This document shows positions 20,011 to 31,695 of a stretch of 64,000 nucleotides of DNA, one piece after another (position 1 is the first letter of the stretch; each line of letters starts with the position of its first letter). Below the pieces are notes generated by a model. The model made no database searches, was not told the DNA's origin, and saw only the letters and a program-made list of their open reading frames with translations. The stretch comes from Gammaproteobacteria bacterium. Lineage in GTDB: Bacteria; Gemmatimonadota; Gemmatimonadetes; Longimicrobiales; Gaopeijiaceae. The stretch covers positions 83,067 through 147,066 of the forward strand of contig JAPPMM010000065.1 in the NCBI GenBank assembly GCA_028819075.1, read 5' to 3'. The position numbers were made by a program, and so were the translations under genes.

Positions 20011-21467
20011 CGTTCTCCCGCGAGGGAGGCGGTCAGTGCGCCGAGCACCTGCCACGCGGGCTGGGCGCTCCCGGGGGCCCTGAGCGCGGGCTCGAAGCGC
20101 TGCACACGGGTCTGCACGTTGGTGAAGGTCCCCTCCTGCTCCGCGAAGGTGGTGACCGGGAGCACGAAGTGCGCGCTGCGGGCGGCCGGCGCCGGGTGGG
20201 CTCCGAGATACACGAAGAGCTCCGCACGCGAGCCGAAGTCCTCCGGCTGGTCGGCCAGTTCATCGCCCAGCACGATCAGCGTGCCGGTGCTCGCCGCCAC
20301 CTCGTCCAGCCCTCCGCCGGCGTCGTCGCCTCCGACCCGGCGCATCCCCAGCAGTTCTGCGCCGCGTGTGTTGGGCGCCAGGTCGCGGCGGCGGGCCAGC
20401 ACGGGGAAGCCGGGCAGCGGGACCTCGTCCGGGGCTCTCGCCGAGCGGTACACGATGTCGCCTCCGTCGATTCGCTCCACCAGCTCCCGCAGGGCGGCCA
20501 GATCCTCGTTGGATGCGTGCGCGGAAGCGACGGCGTGGACGGGAGCGCGGCAATCCTGGAGCCGCTCCCGCAACGAGGCGAGAGCTCCGTGCCATCCGGG
20601 CGCCGACCAGCCGCCGTCCCCTCGCGCAAAGGGCTCCTCGATCCGGTCGATCCGGTTCATCCACTCGTAGTGGCCGCGGCCGTAGTCGCACATCCAGTGG
20701 CCGTTGACTTCCGGGTTCTCCCGGGGCTTGAGCCGATGCACCACGTTGTCGCGGGTGTGGATGTCGACGTTGCATCCCTGAGAGCAGTTGGGGCACACGG
20801 ACGGGGTGTGGTCGAGATCCCAGGCGCGCGCCTTGTGCAGGAAGTCCTTGGAGACCAGTGCCCCCACCGGGCAGATGTCGACGATGTTGCCCGACCAGGA
20901 GGAGTCCTTCAGTCCCTGCTCGAAGAAGGTGTCGATGACCGCCCGGTCGCCCCGCTCGACCACCGTCAGCACCGGGTCCTGCGCCATTTCTTCCATGAAG
21001 CGCACGCAGCGGGTGCACATGACGCAGCGGTCGCCGTAGAAGAGGACGTCGCCTCCGAAGTCGTCTCGGCCGAACACGCGCTTGGGCTCGACCCCGCGGC
21101 CGTGCGCGCGGCCCTCGGAGTGGACGTAGTCCTGCAGCTTGCACTCCCCGGACTGGTCGCAGATGGGACAGTCCAGCGGGTGGTTGATGAGGTAGAACTC
21201 GAGCACGCCCTTGCGCATCTCGCGCGCCAGCCCCTCGTCGGTGCGCACCACCTGGCCGTCCTGGGCCTGGGTGACGCAGGAGGGCATGGGCTTGGGTGCG
21301 CCTTCCACGTCCACCAGGCAGAGGCGGCACTGGGCGGGCGCGGACAGCGCGGCATGATAGCAGTAGTGCGGCACCTCCACGCCGATCTCCTCGGCCGCAT
21401 GCAGCAGCGAAGTGCCCTCGGGGACCGTGACCCGCTGGCCGTCGATGGTCAGGGTGACGGTGCTCAC
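20007..21467 (-). CDS. nuoG: NADH-quinone oxidoreductase subunit G (short form, 486 aa)
   Basis: 2Fe-2S ferredoxin N-terminus (TIDGQRVTVPEGTSLL), His/Cys cluster HPLDCPICDQSGEC, CVMCTRCVRF and CPNCSQGC motifs. Start is GTG 21465-21467, preceded by GGAGG and overlapping the nuoF stop. The longer tracked ORF is rejected. Confidence 0.85.
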   Translation of the reverse strand: MSTVTLTIDGQRVTVPEGTSLLHAAEEIGVEVPHYCYHAALSAPAQCRLCLVDVEGAPKPMPSCVTQAQDGQVVRTDEGLAREMRKGVLEFYLINHPLDCPICDQSGECKLQDYVHSEGRAHGRGVEPKRVFGRDDFGGDVLFYGDRCVMCTRCVRFMEEMAQDPVLTVVERGDRAVIDTFFEQGLKDSSWSGNIVDICPVGALVSKDFLHKARAWDLDHTPSVCPNCSQGCNVDIHTRDNVVHRLKPRENPEVNGHWMCDYGRGHYEWMNRIDRIEEPFARGDGGWSAPGWHGALASLRERLQDCRAPVHAVASAHASNEDLAALRELVERIDGGDIVYRSARAPDEVPLPGFPVLARRRDLAPNTRGAELLGMRRVGGDDAGGGLDEVAASTGTLIVLGDELADQPEDFGSRAELFVYLGAHPAPAARSAHFVLPVTTFAEQEGTFTNVQTRVQRFEPALRAPGSAQPAWQVLGALTASLAGER

Positions 21468-22756
21468 GCGACCTCCGCTCTCTCGGCGCCGTGGATCAGG
21501 GCCAGGTACTCGTCCCGGAACTTCTCGATGGAGGAGACCACCGGGGCCGCCGCCGAATCGGAGAGCACGCAGATGGTGGTGCCGGTCATCTGGGCGCTCA
21601 TGTCGAGCAGGGTGTCCAGGTCGGCCTCGGTGCCCCCGCCCGCTTCGATGCGGCGAAGCACCTGCGTCATCCAGGGAGTGCCCTCGCGGCAGGGGGTGCA
21701 CTGCCCGCAGGACTCGTGCGCATAGAACTGGACCATGCGCCGCACCTCCCGCACGATGTTGGTGCGGTCGTCCATCACGATGACCGAGGCGCAGCCGAGC
21801 ATCGAGCCCGCGGCCTCCACCCCCTCATAGCACAGCGTGCATTCCCGGCAATCCTCGACATCCATGAGCGGAACGGAACTGCCGCCCGGGATCACGGACT
21901 TGAGCGCCCGTCCTCCGGCCATGCCGCCGCACACATCCTCGATCAGCTCCATCATCGGAAAGCCCAGCGGCAGCTCGTAGTTGCCGGGCTTCTCCACGTG
22001 GCCGCTCACGCAAAAGAGCTTGGTGCCGGGGGACTTGTCGGTGCCCCACTGCCGGTACCACTCGCCCCCGTGCTCCACGATGTGGGGCACGGCCGCCAGC
22101 GTCTCGACGTTGTTGATGGTCGTGGGCATCGAATACACGCCCACGGCGGCCGGGAAGGGCGGCTTGACCCGCGGCTCCCCGCGACGGCCCTCGAGGGAGT
22201 TCATGAGGCCGGTCTCTTCACCGCAGATGTATGCCCCGGCACCCACGTGCACGGTCACCTCGATGTCGTTTTCCGAGCCCAGGATGCGGCGCCCGGCAAA
22301 CCCTCGCTCGTACGCCTCCTCGACCGCCCGCGCCATGACCTGGCTGGCTTCGAAGAACTCGCCGCGGAGATAGATGTAGGCGTGCCGCGAACCCATCGCA
22401 TAGGCTGCAATAAGGCACCCTTCGATCAACTGATGGGGATCCCAGCGAATCAGCTCGCGGTCCTTGAAGGTGCCGGGCTCCGATTCGTCGGCGTTGCACA
22501 GCAGGTAATGCGGCTTGACCCCCGCCTTCGGCATGAAGCTCCACTTGAGCCCGGTGGGGAACCCGGCTCCTCCCCTGCCCCGCAGTCCCGATGCCTTCAC
22601 TTCGTCGATCACCGCGGCCGGCCCGATCTCGAAGGCTCGCTCGAGCCCGTTGTATCCGCCCCGCTCCCGGTATCCGTCGAGCGTGCGCGCCGCGGGATCC
22701 CCGAAGTTGCGCGAGATCATGCGCACCTCGCGCTCGTGCACGTAGGGGTAGGCCAT
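21464..22756 (-). CDS. nuoF: NADH-quinone oxidoreductase subunit F
   Basis: 430 aa with GRGGAGFPTGLKW (FMN/NADH site) and ESCGQCTPCREG (N3 cluster). Confidence 0.95.
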   Translation of the reverse strand: MAYPYVHEREVRMISRNFGDPAARTLDGYRERGGYNGLERAFEIGPAAVIDEVKASGLRGRGGAGFPTGLKWSFMPKAGVKPHYLLCNADESEPGTFKDRELIRWDPHQLIEGCLIAAYAMGSRHAYIYLRGEFFEASQVMARAVEEAYERGFAGRRILGSENDIEVTVHVGAGAYICGEETGLMNSLEGRRGEPRVKPPFPAAVGVYSMPTTINNVETLAAVPHIVEHGGEWYRQWGTDKSPGTKLFCVSGHVEKPGNYELPLGFPMMELIEDVCGGMAGGRALKSVIPGGSSVPLMDVEDCRECTLCYEGVEAAGSMLGCASVIVMDDRTNIVREVRRMVQFYAHESCGQCTPCREGTPWMTQVLRRIEAGGGTEADLDTLLDMSAQMTGTTICVLSDSAAAPVVSSIEKFRDEYLALIHGAERAEVA

Positions 22757-23419
22757 CTACTCGCCGTGCTCCCTGAGGCGCTGCAGGAGGGCGGGCACGT
22801 CGTCCGGCAGCACGTTCTCGTAGTAGCGGGAATTGATCTGCACGGCCACCGGGAAGCCGCACGCGGCCAGGCACTCCACCTCGATGACGGTGAAGTCGCC
22901 GTCCCCGGAGGTTTCACCCAGCTCGGTGCCCGTGTGCCGCAGGAAGGCGTCGAGCACCTCCTCGCCCTTGCACAGGCTGCAGCTGATGTTGGTGCAGACC
23001 TGGATGAGGAAACGCCCCACCGGCTGCTTGTTGTACATCGTGTAGAAGGTGACCGTCCCGCGCACCTCGGCGGACGCCAGGCCGAGCAGCGCCGCCACCT
23101 CGTCCATCGTCTCGGGGGAGACGTGGCCGCGCAGCTCCTGGGCCAGGTTCAGCGTCGGAATGAGGGCGGCGCGCGCGGTCGGGTAGCGCGTGCGAATCTT
23201 CTCGAAGCGCTCCCGATAGGGACCCTCGAAGAGGACCGCGTCCGGATCCTTGTCGGGGAGCATGTAGGGATACGAGGGAGCCGCCGATTCGTGGCCTCCG
23301 TCGAGAGGCCGCTCGCCCACGAAATCGGTGCCGCGCACATCCGCTTCGGTAAGGTCGAACTCGCCCGTGTTGCCGGCCCAGCCGGGGTTGCGGAACGGCA
23401 CGCGGGCGGGAGCGCTCAT
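22757..23419 (-). CDS. nuoE: NADH-quinone oxidoreductase subunit E
   Basis: 220 aa with thioredoxin-like 2Fe-2S cysteines (CTNISCSLC ... ECLAACG), plus ~55 extra N-terminal residues. The ATG overlaps the nuoD stop. Confidence 0.9.
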   Translation of the reverse strand: MSAPARVPFRNPGWAGNTGEFDLTEADVRGTDFVGERPLDGGHESAAPSYPYMLPDKDPDAVLFEGPYRERFEKIRTRYPTARAALIPTLNLAQELRGHVSPETMDEVAALLGLASAEVRGTVTFYTMYNKQPVGRFLIQVCTNISCSLCKGEEVLDAFLRHTGTELGETSGDGDFTVIEVECLAACGFPVAVQINSRYYENVLPDDVPALLQRLREHGE

Positions 23420-24693
23420 CGGTCGATCTCGCCCAGGACGATGTCGAGGCTCGCGTTGATCATGATGAGGTCGGCCACCAGGTGCCCCTCGGCCAGCTTC
23501 GCGATCGCGGACAGGTTGACGAAGGAGGGCGGGCGGATGCGCCAGCGCACCGGCTTGGGGCCCCCGTCGCCCACCAGGTACATGCCGAGCTCCCCCTTCG
23601 ACCCCTCGACGGAGAAGTAGCAGTCCTCGGCGGGCGCGTCGATGCCGTCCATGATCAGCTTGAAGTGGTGGATCATCGACTCCATGTCGCTCATGCAGTC
23701 GGTCTTGCTCGGTAGGCTGATGCGCGGGTCCTGCACGTTGATGGGGCCATCGGGAAGACGGTCCAGCGCCTGGTGCAGGATGGCGACGCTCTGGCGCATC
23801 TCCTCCATGCGCACGAGGTAGCGGTCGTAGCAGTCCCCGTTCTCGCCGACCGGGACTTCGAAGTCGTAAGTCTCGTAGTCGTAGTAGGGCCGGTCCTTGC
23901 GCACGTCGTAGTCCACCCCGCTGGCGCGCAGGTTGGGGCCGGTAAGGCCACAGTCGATCGCGTCTTCGGGGCCGATCGCGCCGATATTCATGGTGCGGCC
24001 CTGGTGGATCGCGTTGGTGGTGAGCAGCGCGTCGATCTCGTTCAGGGTGCGGGGGAAGGTGTCGATGAACTCGCGCACGCCCTCCGCCCAGCCGGGCGGC
24101 AGGTCCGACATCATGCCCCCCACGCGGGTGGCGGAGGTCGTGATGCGCGCGCCCGTCAGCTCCTCGTGCAGCTGGTAGATGCGCTCGCGCTCCTGGAATG
24201 CGTACAGGAAGGGCGTGAAGGCCCCCACGTCGATGGCGGTGGTGCCCAGCCAGAGCAGGTGCGAGAAGATGCGGTCCAACTCCAGGCAGATCACGCGCAC
24301 CACCTTGCAGCGCTCGGTGACCTCGATGCCCATCAGCTTCTCGACCGCCATGGCGTAGGCGCAGTTGTAGATCAGCGGCGCCAGGTAGTCCATGCGGTCG
24401 GTCAGCGGCACGATCTGGTTATACGTGCGGTACTCGCCCAGCTTCTCGAAGGAGGAGTGCAGGTAGCCGATGTGCGGCGTGACCGACAGCACGGTCTCCC
24501 CGTCCAGTTCGCAGATGAGCCTCAGCACGCCGTGCGTGGCGGGGTGCTGGGGCCCGATGTTGATGAGCATCTCCTCGGACCCGATGTCGGGCTCGGCGAC
24601 ATCGACGGGCGCCAGCGGTCCCATGGCGGGCCGGGCGTCCATCCCCATCTCCGCTCCCCGTCCCACCGGGATCTCCACCGTCCGCCGCGTCAT
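23416..24693 (-). CDS. nuoD: NADH-quinone oxidoreductase subunit D
   Basis: INIGPQHPATHGVLRL signature. Start set at ATG 24691-24693 (MTRRTVEIP..., 425 aa), overlapping the nuoC stop. The upstream part of the tracked ORF overlaps nuoC. Confidence 0.9.
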   Translation of the reverse strand: MTRRTVEIPVGRGAEMGMDARPAMGPLAPVDVAEPDIGSEEMLINIGPQHPATHGVLRLICELDGETVLSVTPHIGYLHSSFEKLGEYRTYNQIVPLTDRMDYLAPLIYNCAYAMAVEKLMGIEVTERCKVVRVICLELDRIFSHLLWLGTTAIDVGAFTPFLYAFQERERIYQLHEELTGARITTSATRVGGMMSDLPPGWAEGVREFIDTFPRTLNEIDALLTTNAIHQGRTMNIGAIGPEDAIDCGLTGPNLRASGVDYDVRKDRPYYDYETYDFEVPVGENGDCYDRYLVRMEEMRQSVAILHQALDRLPDGPINVQDPRISLPSKTDCMSDMESMIHHFKLIMDGIDAPAEDCYFSVEGSKGELGMYLVGDGGPKPVRWRIRPPSFVNLSAIAKLAEGHLVADLIMINASLDIVLGEIDR

Positions 24694-25295
24694 CGGCCCG
24701 TGCTCCCCGGGGCGGAGGCCGGCGAGTCGTCCGCGGGGACGATCTGGGGCGCGCCACGTCCCTCCAGTTCCTCCGGCATGTAGTACTGCTCCATGTCCTG
24801 CGAGAGGGCGCGCCGGGTCTGCTCGGCGCGGGAGAAGCGGCCCCGCAGCGGGAAGTCCTTCCGCAGGGGATGGCCTTCGGCATAGTTCTCGGGCATGAGA
24901 ATGCGGCGTAGGTCCGGATGCCCCCGGAACTCGACCCCGAACAGATCGTAGACCTCGCGCTCGAGCCAGTCGGCCGCGCTCCAGAGAGCGGTCACCGAGG
25001 CGATCGCGAGGCGGGAAAGCGGCAGCTCGCACTTCACCCGCAGCGCCTTGCGGTGCGGGATGGACCAGAGCTGGTAGACGACCTCGAGCGGGCGCCCGTC
25101 GCCGTAATCGACCGCGGTAACGTCCACCAGCAGGTTGAAGCGCTCGCCGGGATCGGTGCGCAGCCAGTCCAGCACCTCCGCGTTGCGGCCGGGGTCGATG
25201 TAGACCACCTGCTGGTCCCCGGATTGCACCAGGTCGCGCACGACGGCGTCGGGGAATGCGGCGCGCAGAGCTTCAACGGTGGCGGAAGCCGACAT
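24690..25295 (-). CDS. nuoC: NADH-quinone oxidoreductase subunit C
   Basis: 201 aa from ATG 25293-25295 (MSASATVEALRAAFP...) with the 30-kDa subunit motif EREVYDLFGVEFRGHPDLRRIL. Confidence 0.9.
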   Translation of the reverse strand: MSASATVEALRAAFPDAVVRDLVQSGDQQVVYIDPGRNAEVLDWLRTDPGERFNLLVDVTAVDYGDGRPLEVVYQLWSIPHRKALRVKCELPLSRLAIASVTALWSAADWLEREVYDLFGVEFRGHPDLRRILMPENYAEGHPLRKDFPLRGRFSRAEQTRRALSQDMEQYYMPEELEGRGAPQIVPADDSPASAPGSTGR

Positions 25296-25315
25296 GCCGT
25301 GGCGGTCGGGTCGGG

Positions 25316-26008
25316 TCACGGAATCCGGTCGTCGGGCCGGTCGGAGGCGTCGGATCCGGTGGGGCCGCTCACCCGGTTCTGCCGGGTCGAATTGCCGAAA
25401 GGTCCGGAGAGCGCCAGCACTTCGTCGGCGTCGGCGCGCGCGCGGGCCACCTCTGCCGGATCCTCGGCGCGCAGCGCGCCGTGCTCGTTCAGGCTCTCCT
25501 GCCGGATCTTCTCCTGAATCATCATCAGCCCGTAGATGAGCCCTTCCGGTCTTGGCGGACAGCCCGGCACGTAGACGTCCACGGGGATGATGGTGTCGAT
25601 CCCCTGCACCATCGAATACACGTCGAATACGCCCCCGGAAGAAGCGCAGGCGCCCATCGAGACGGCCCACTTCGGCTGGGGCATCTGGTCCCAGATGCGG
25701 CGCAGGACGGGCGCGAGCTTGTAGGGCACCCGCCCCGCACAGATCAGGACGTCGGCCTGGCGGGGGCTGAATGACATGCGCTCCATCCCGAAGCGGGCCA
25801 AGTCGAAGTTGCTTGCGGCCGCGGCCATCATCTCGATGGCGCAGCAGGCGGTGCCGAAGGGCATGGGCCAGAGCGAGTTGCGACGGGCCCAGTTGACGAC
25901 GAAATCGAGGCGCGTGGTCAGAAACGTCGGGGTTCCCGCGCCCAATACCCCGCCCGGCGGCGAGGAGGCCACGGGAAGGCTCTCAGCAGGCTTTTCGCTC
26001 AGTCCCAA
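25316..26008 (-). CDS. nuoB: NADH-quinone oxidoreductase subunit B
   Basis: N2-cluster motifs [15 protein letters not shown] and PGCPPRPE, with a ~60-aa C-terminal tail. Start is uncertain: I propose TTG 26006-26008, overlapping the nuoA stop. The tracked 452-aa ORF runs through nuoA and is rejected. Confidence 0.8.
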   Translation of the reverse strand: MGLSEKPAESLPVASSPPGGVLGAGTPTFLTTRLDFVVNWARRNSLWPMPFGTACCAIEMMAAAASNFDLARFGMERMSFSPRQADVLICAGRVPYKLAPVLRRIWDQMPQPKWAVSMGACASSGGVFDVYSMVQGIDTIIPVDVYVPGCPPRPEGLIYGLMMIQEKIRQESLNEHGALRAEDPAEVARARADADEVLALSGPFGNSTRQNRVSGPTGSDASDRPDDRIP

Positions 26009-26355
26009 TCGAGACCTCCTTTCTTCCATTCGTACACCAACCCCGCGGTGAGCACCGCCACGAAGATGGAAGCAGCCACGAATCCGCTCCACCCCAGCGC
26101 GCGCATCTCGACCGCCCAGGGGATGAGGAAGACCGCTTCCAGGTCGAAGACGATGAAGCTGATGGCGACGAGATAGAACTTCACGGAAAAGCGGGCCCGG
26201 GTGTCGCCCAGCGGGATCATGCCGGACTCGTAAGGCATTGCCTTTTGAGGAGTTGGCCGGCGAGGATTGAGGATGTGAGACAACGCCACCATGAACACTG
26301 CGTTGAGGGCGGAGACCCCGAAGATGAGCAGGATCGGCAGGTAGGCGTCCGACAT
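25999..26355 (-). CDS. nuoA: NADH-quinone oxidoreductase subunit A
   Basis: 118-aa three-helix protein ([22 protein letters not shown]). First gene of the operon. Confidence 0.9.
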   Translation of the reverse strand: MSDAYLPILLIFGVSALNAVFMVALSHILNPRRPTPQKAMPYESGMIPLGDTRARFSVKFYLVAISFIVFDLEAVFLIPWAVEMRALGWSGFVAASIFVAVLTAGLVYEWKKGGLDWD

Positions 26356-26929
26356 CGAGTCGCCCGCATGTGGAGGGGTTTCGCAGGAGTTCGGGTGGCA
26401 GAAAGCTACCCATGCGCCCCCACCCGGTCAAGCCGGAACGGAGCGCCCGCGGGCCGATTCCGGGGGTGCGCCACAGGCCGGCGAAACCTTCCGGAGGCGG
26501 CCCGCAAACCCTGTCGCGGAGCGAGATCTCCGACGCGGGAGACCGCTGGAGGCACTGCCTCGAAGGCGGGCGATTCCGGTGTCCGCCGAAGGTCCGGGCA
26601 CCGGAGGTACGGCACGGGGTATGGCAGAAGGCGCTCGGAGTCGCGGGCGGCGTGGCCGATCCGGAATCCGGCACGGCGTTTGCACGAGCCGCGTGCAGGA
26701 GTCCGTTACCCGAGGTACTTGGCCGACTGTACGGTCACTTTCTGCCGCACGTCGATGGTTCGGATCCGGAATATGAGCCCGAGACTTGGGACGCAAACCC
26801 ACAAGCTGACAGGAGGACAATTCTCCGGAGCTGGCCCGGCCAGCAGATGATGACAATGAGTTCGACAATTGAGAATAGTGAGCCTGAAATACGGCTCGCG
26901 GGCAACCTTTGAACCACGAGGAGTGAACT

Positions 26930-27229
26930 GTGATGCGCCGCATTACGCGTCTTCGCACTCTCAACCAGGTTCGGCGCTTCCTGAACGTCGCCGACGCCCC
27001 GGGGTTGGGGACCGAAAACCGTGAATCCATATACGATTTCATCCGCAAGACACTGGACAAATTCAAATACCACGACCTCAGGAAGCGCGACAAGAGCTTG
27101 CTGAAGACGTTCCTCTCCAGGGTGACCGGGCTTTCGCGTGCTCAGCTGACCCGTTTGGTTGCCCAGCATCGCGAGACCGGCACCATTCGAGACCGTCGCA
27201 GCTCGCCGCCGGAATCAAGAGCCGCGTAA
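26930..27229 (+). pseudogene. truncated N-terminal fragment of a DDE/integrase-type transposase (insertion-element remnant)
   Basis: The 99-aa ORF reads MMRRITRLRTLNQVRRFLNVADAPG...IYDFIRKTLDKFKYHDLRKRDKSLLKTFLSRVTGLSRAQLTRLVAQHRETGTIRDRR. This is an HTH-containing N-terminus that I recall from rve-type (ISNCY-like) transposases several hundred aa long. It stops after ~90 aa with no catalytic domain downstream. It is embedded in a patch (about 26740-27240) that is visibly lower in GC than the flanks. Confidence 0.55.
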
Positions 27230-27369
27230 CCGACACCGAACCCGGTGTAGCGTCCGGTCGGCGGAGGCGGAACGCGGGAAGAGCCTTGCCGCCATTCGGA
27301 CCCGTTTCCATCATGCAACCGGCAGCGCGTTATCCGCACGCGTTCACGCGCCTCATGTTGGAGGACACC

Positions 27370-29934
<2,565 letters not shown>

Positions 29935-30021
29935 CCCGCGGGACGCCGGGCCTGCCGGCCGGTGCCGTCGCAGCGGCTCCGATGGCCGTTCGAGGTCGGC
30001 CGGCGGGAAAACCGCCTCCCG

Positions 30022-31695
30022 TCAGTGCCGGAAGAGCCGCCTTCCCGTGAAGACCATCGCGACCTCGTGCTCGTCCGCTGCGGCGATGACCTCTTCGTCG
30101 CGGATCGAACCGCCTGGTTGCACGATGGCGCGAACACCGGCCGCCGCTGCTGCGTCGACACCGTCCCGGAAGGGGAAGAAGGCATCGGAGGCGAGGGCGC
30201 ACCCGGAAAGGTCGAGCCCGGCGGCGGCGGCCTTTCTGACCGCGAGCTCGGAGGCGTCCACCCGGCTCACCTGTCCCATGCCGATGCCCAGAGTGGCGCC
30301 ATCGCGCGCGAGCAGGATTGCGTTCGACTTCACCCCCGCGACCGCCGACCAGGCGAAGTCCAGGTCGTCGAGTTCACGCGCGGAGGGCGTGCGGCGGGTC
30401 ACGACCTTCCACTCCGCGCTCTCAAGCCCGTAGAAAGGCGGCGATGGAACCGACTGCGCCAGCAGGCCGCCGGAGACGGTGCGCAGCGTGCGCGGTTCGG
30501 GGAGGCGGCCGTGCGCCGCGAGGAACGCTGCCGAAGCGCGGTGTTCGGACGGGGCTTCCCGCCACCAGTCGACGCGGTCCGGGTCGAGCGGCAAGTCGGC
30601 GGCCGCAACCGGGTCACCGGACATGGCCAGCAGGCGCAGGCCGGACTTGCGGGCCAGGATCTCCATGGCCTCGTCGTCAAAGGCGGGCGCGACCAGGCAC
30701 TCGATAAAGAGTTCCGACATGTGCGCGGCCGTGGCGCCGTCAATGCGCCGGTTGACCGCGATCACGGACCCGAAGGCGCTCACCGGGTCGGTTCGCAGGG
30801 CACGCAGATAGGCCTCTTCCAGCGTCTCCGCGAGCGCCATCCCCGCGGGCGTGGTGTGCTTGACGATGCACACGGCGGGGCGCGCCGAGAAAGCGAACGG
30901 AGCGAGGCACTGGAGAGCGCCGTCGAGGTCGAGATAGTTGTTGTAGGAGAGCGCCTTGCCGTGGAGCTGCTCGAGGCCGGCCAGGCCGGCGACTCCGTGT
31001 CCGCGCCAGCGGTAGAACGCGGCCTCCTGGTCCGGGTTCTCGCCGTAGCGCAGCGTGCCTTGCAGTTCGGCGGACAACGCGAGGCGGGCCGGGAACATGC
31101 CGCCTCCGCTCCCGCCGGCCTTCCCCAACCATCCCGCCACGGCATCGTCGTATCCGCTCGTGTGCGCGAACACCTTCACCGCCAGCTCCCGGCGCAGCGC
31201 CGGGCTGTCTTTCTCCCGGTCCAGGGCCGCGAGCACGCGCGGGTAGTCGGCGGGATCCACCGCGGCCCAGACATCGGCGTGGTTCTTCGCCGCCGCGCGG
31301 ATCATGGTGGGTCCGCCTATGTCCACCTGCTCCATCGCATCACCCACCGACACGCCGCCTCTCGCCACCGTCTCCCGGAACGGGTACAGGTTGACCGCCA
31401 CCAGGCCCACGGGCGCGTAGCCCTGTCCGGCGAGCGCGGCCGTGTCGTCCCTGTTCCCGCTCCGGGCTAGGATTCCCGCATGGATAGCGGGGTGCAGGGT
31501 CTTGACCCGCCCGTCCATCATTTCCGGGTGTGAGGTGACTTCCGCCACCTGCCTGACAGGGAGCCCCGCGTCGGCGAGCGCGCGCGCCGTGCCCCCGGTC
31601 GAGACGATCTCCCATCCGCGGCGGACGAGACCGCGGGCGAACTTTTCGATGCCGCTCTTGTCCGAGACGCTCAGCAGCGCCCGTCGTCGAGTCAT
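30022..31695 (-). CDS. purH: bifunctional AICAR transformylase / IMP cyclohydrolase
   Basis: 557 aa, ALLSVSDKSGIEKFA...STGGTA...KTLHP N-terminus (MGS-like) and C-terminal ...MVFTGRRLFRH. Confidence 0.95.
   Translation of the reverse strand: MTRRRALLSVSDKSGIEKFARGLVRRGWEIVSTGGTARALADAGLPVRQVAEVTSHPEMMDGRVKTLHPAIHAGILARSGNRDDTAALAGQGYAPVGLVAVNLYPFRETVARGGVSVGDAMEQVDIGGPTMIRAAAKNHADVWAAVDPADYPRVLAALDREKDSPALRRELAVKVFAHTSGYDDAVAGWLGKAGGSGGGMFPARLALSAELQGTLRYGENPDQEAAFYRWRGHGVAGLAGLEQLHGKALSYNNYLDLDGALQCLAPFAFSARPAVCIVKHTTPAGMALAETLEEAYLRALRTDPVSAFGSVIAVNRRIDGATAAHMSELFIECLVAPAFDDEAMEILARKSGLRLLAMSGDPVAAADLPLDPDRVDWWREAPSEHRASAAFLAAHGRLPEPRTLRTVSGGLLAQSVPSPPFYGLESAEWKVVTRRTPSARELDDLDFAWSAVAGVKSNAILLARDGATLGIGMGQVSRVDASELAVRKAAAAGLDLSGCALASDAFFPFRDGVDAAAAAGVRAIVQPGGSIRDEEVIAAADEHEVAMVFTGRRLFRH

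Noticed and set aside
20007-21467. Short nuoG considered as a truncated pseudogene.
   Set aside because: All expected N-terminal Fe-S cysteine/histidine motifs are intact. The frame is uninterrupted, and both ends are translationally coupled to nuoF and nuoH, so it is treated as a genuine short form.
26585-26600. GAAGGTCCGGGC, one base away from the RNase P RNA P4 motif GAAAGUCCGGGC, with a GCAAACCC...GGAGC segment about 90 nt upstream.
   Set aside because: The order of the two motifs is the reverse of that in RNase P RNA. The other universally conserved blocks are not present. The match is short enough to be chance in GC-rich DNA.
27230-27369. Possible cobalamin or TPP riboswitch in the leader of the TonB-dependent receptor.
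   Set aside because: I found no B12 box (AGYCMGGAGACCKGCC-like) and no TPP-type CUGAGA / ACCUGAUCUGGAUAAUGCCAGCG elements on reading the 140 nt. An Rfam scan would be the definitive test.
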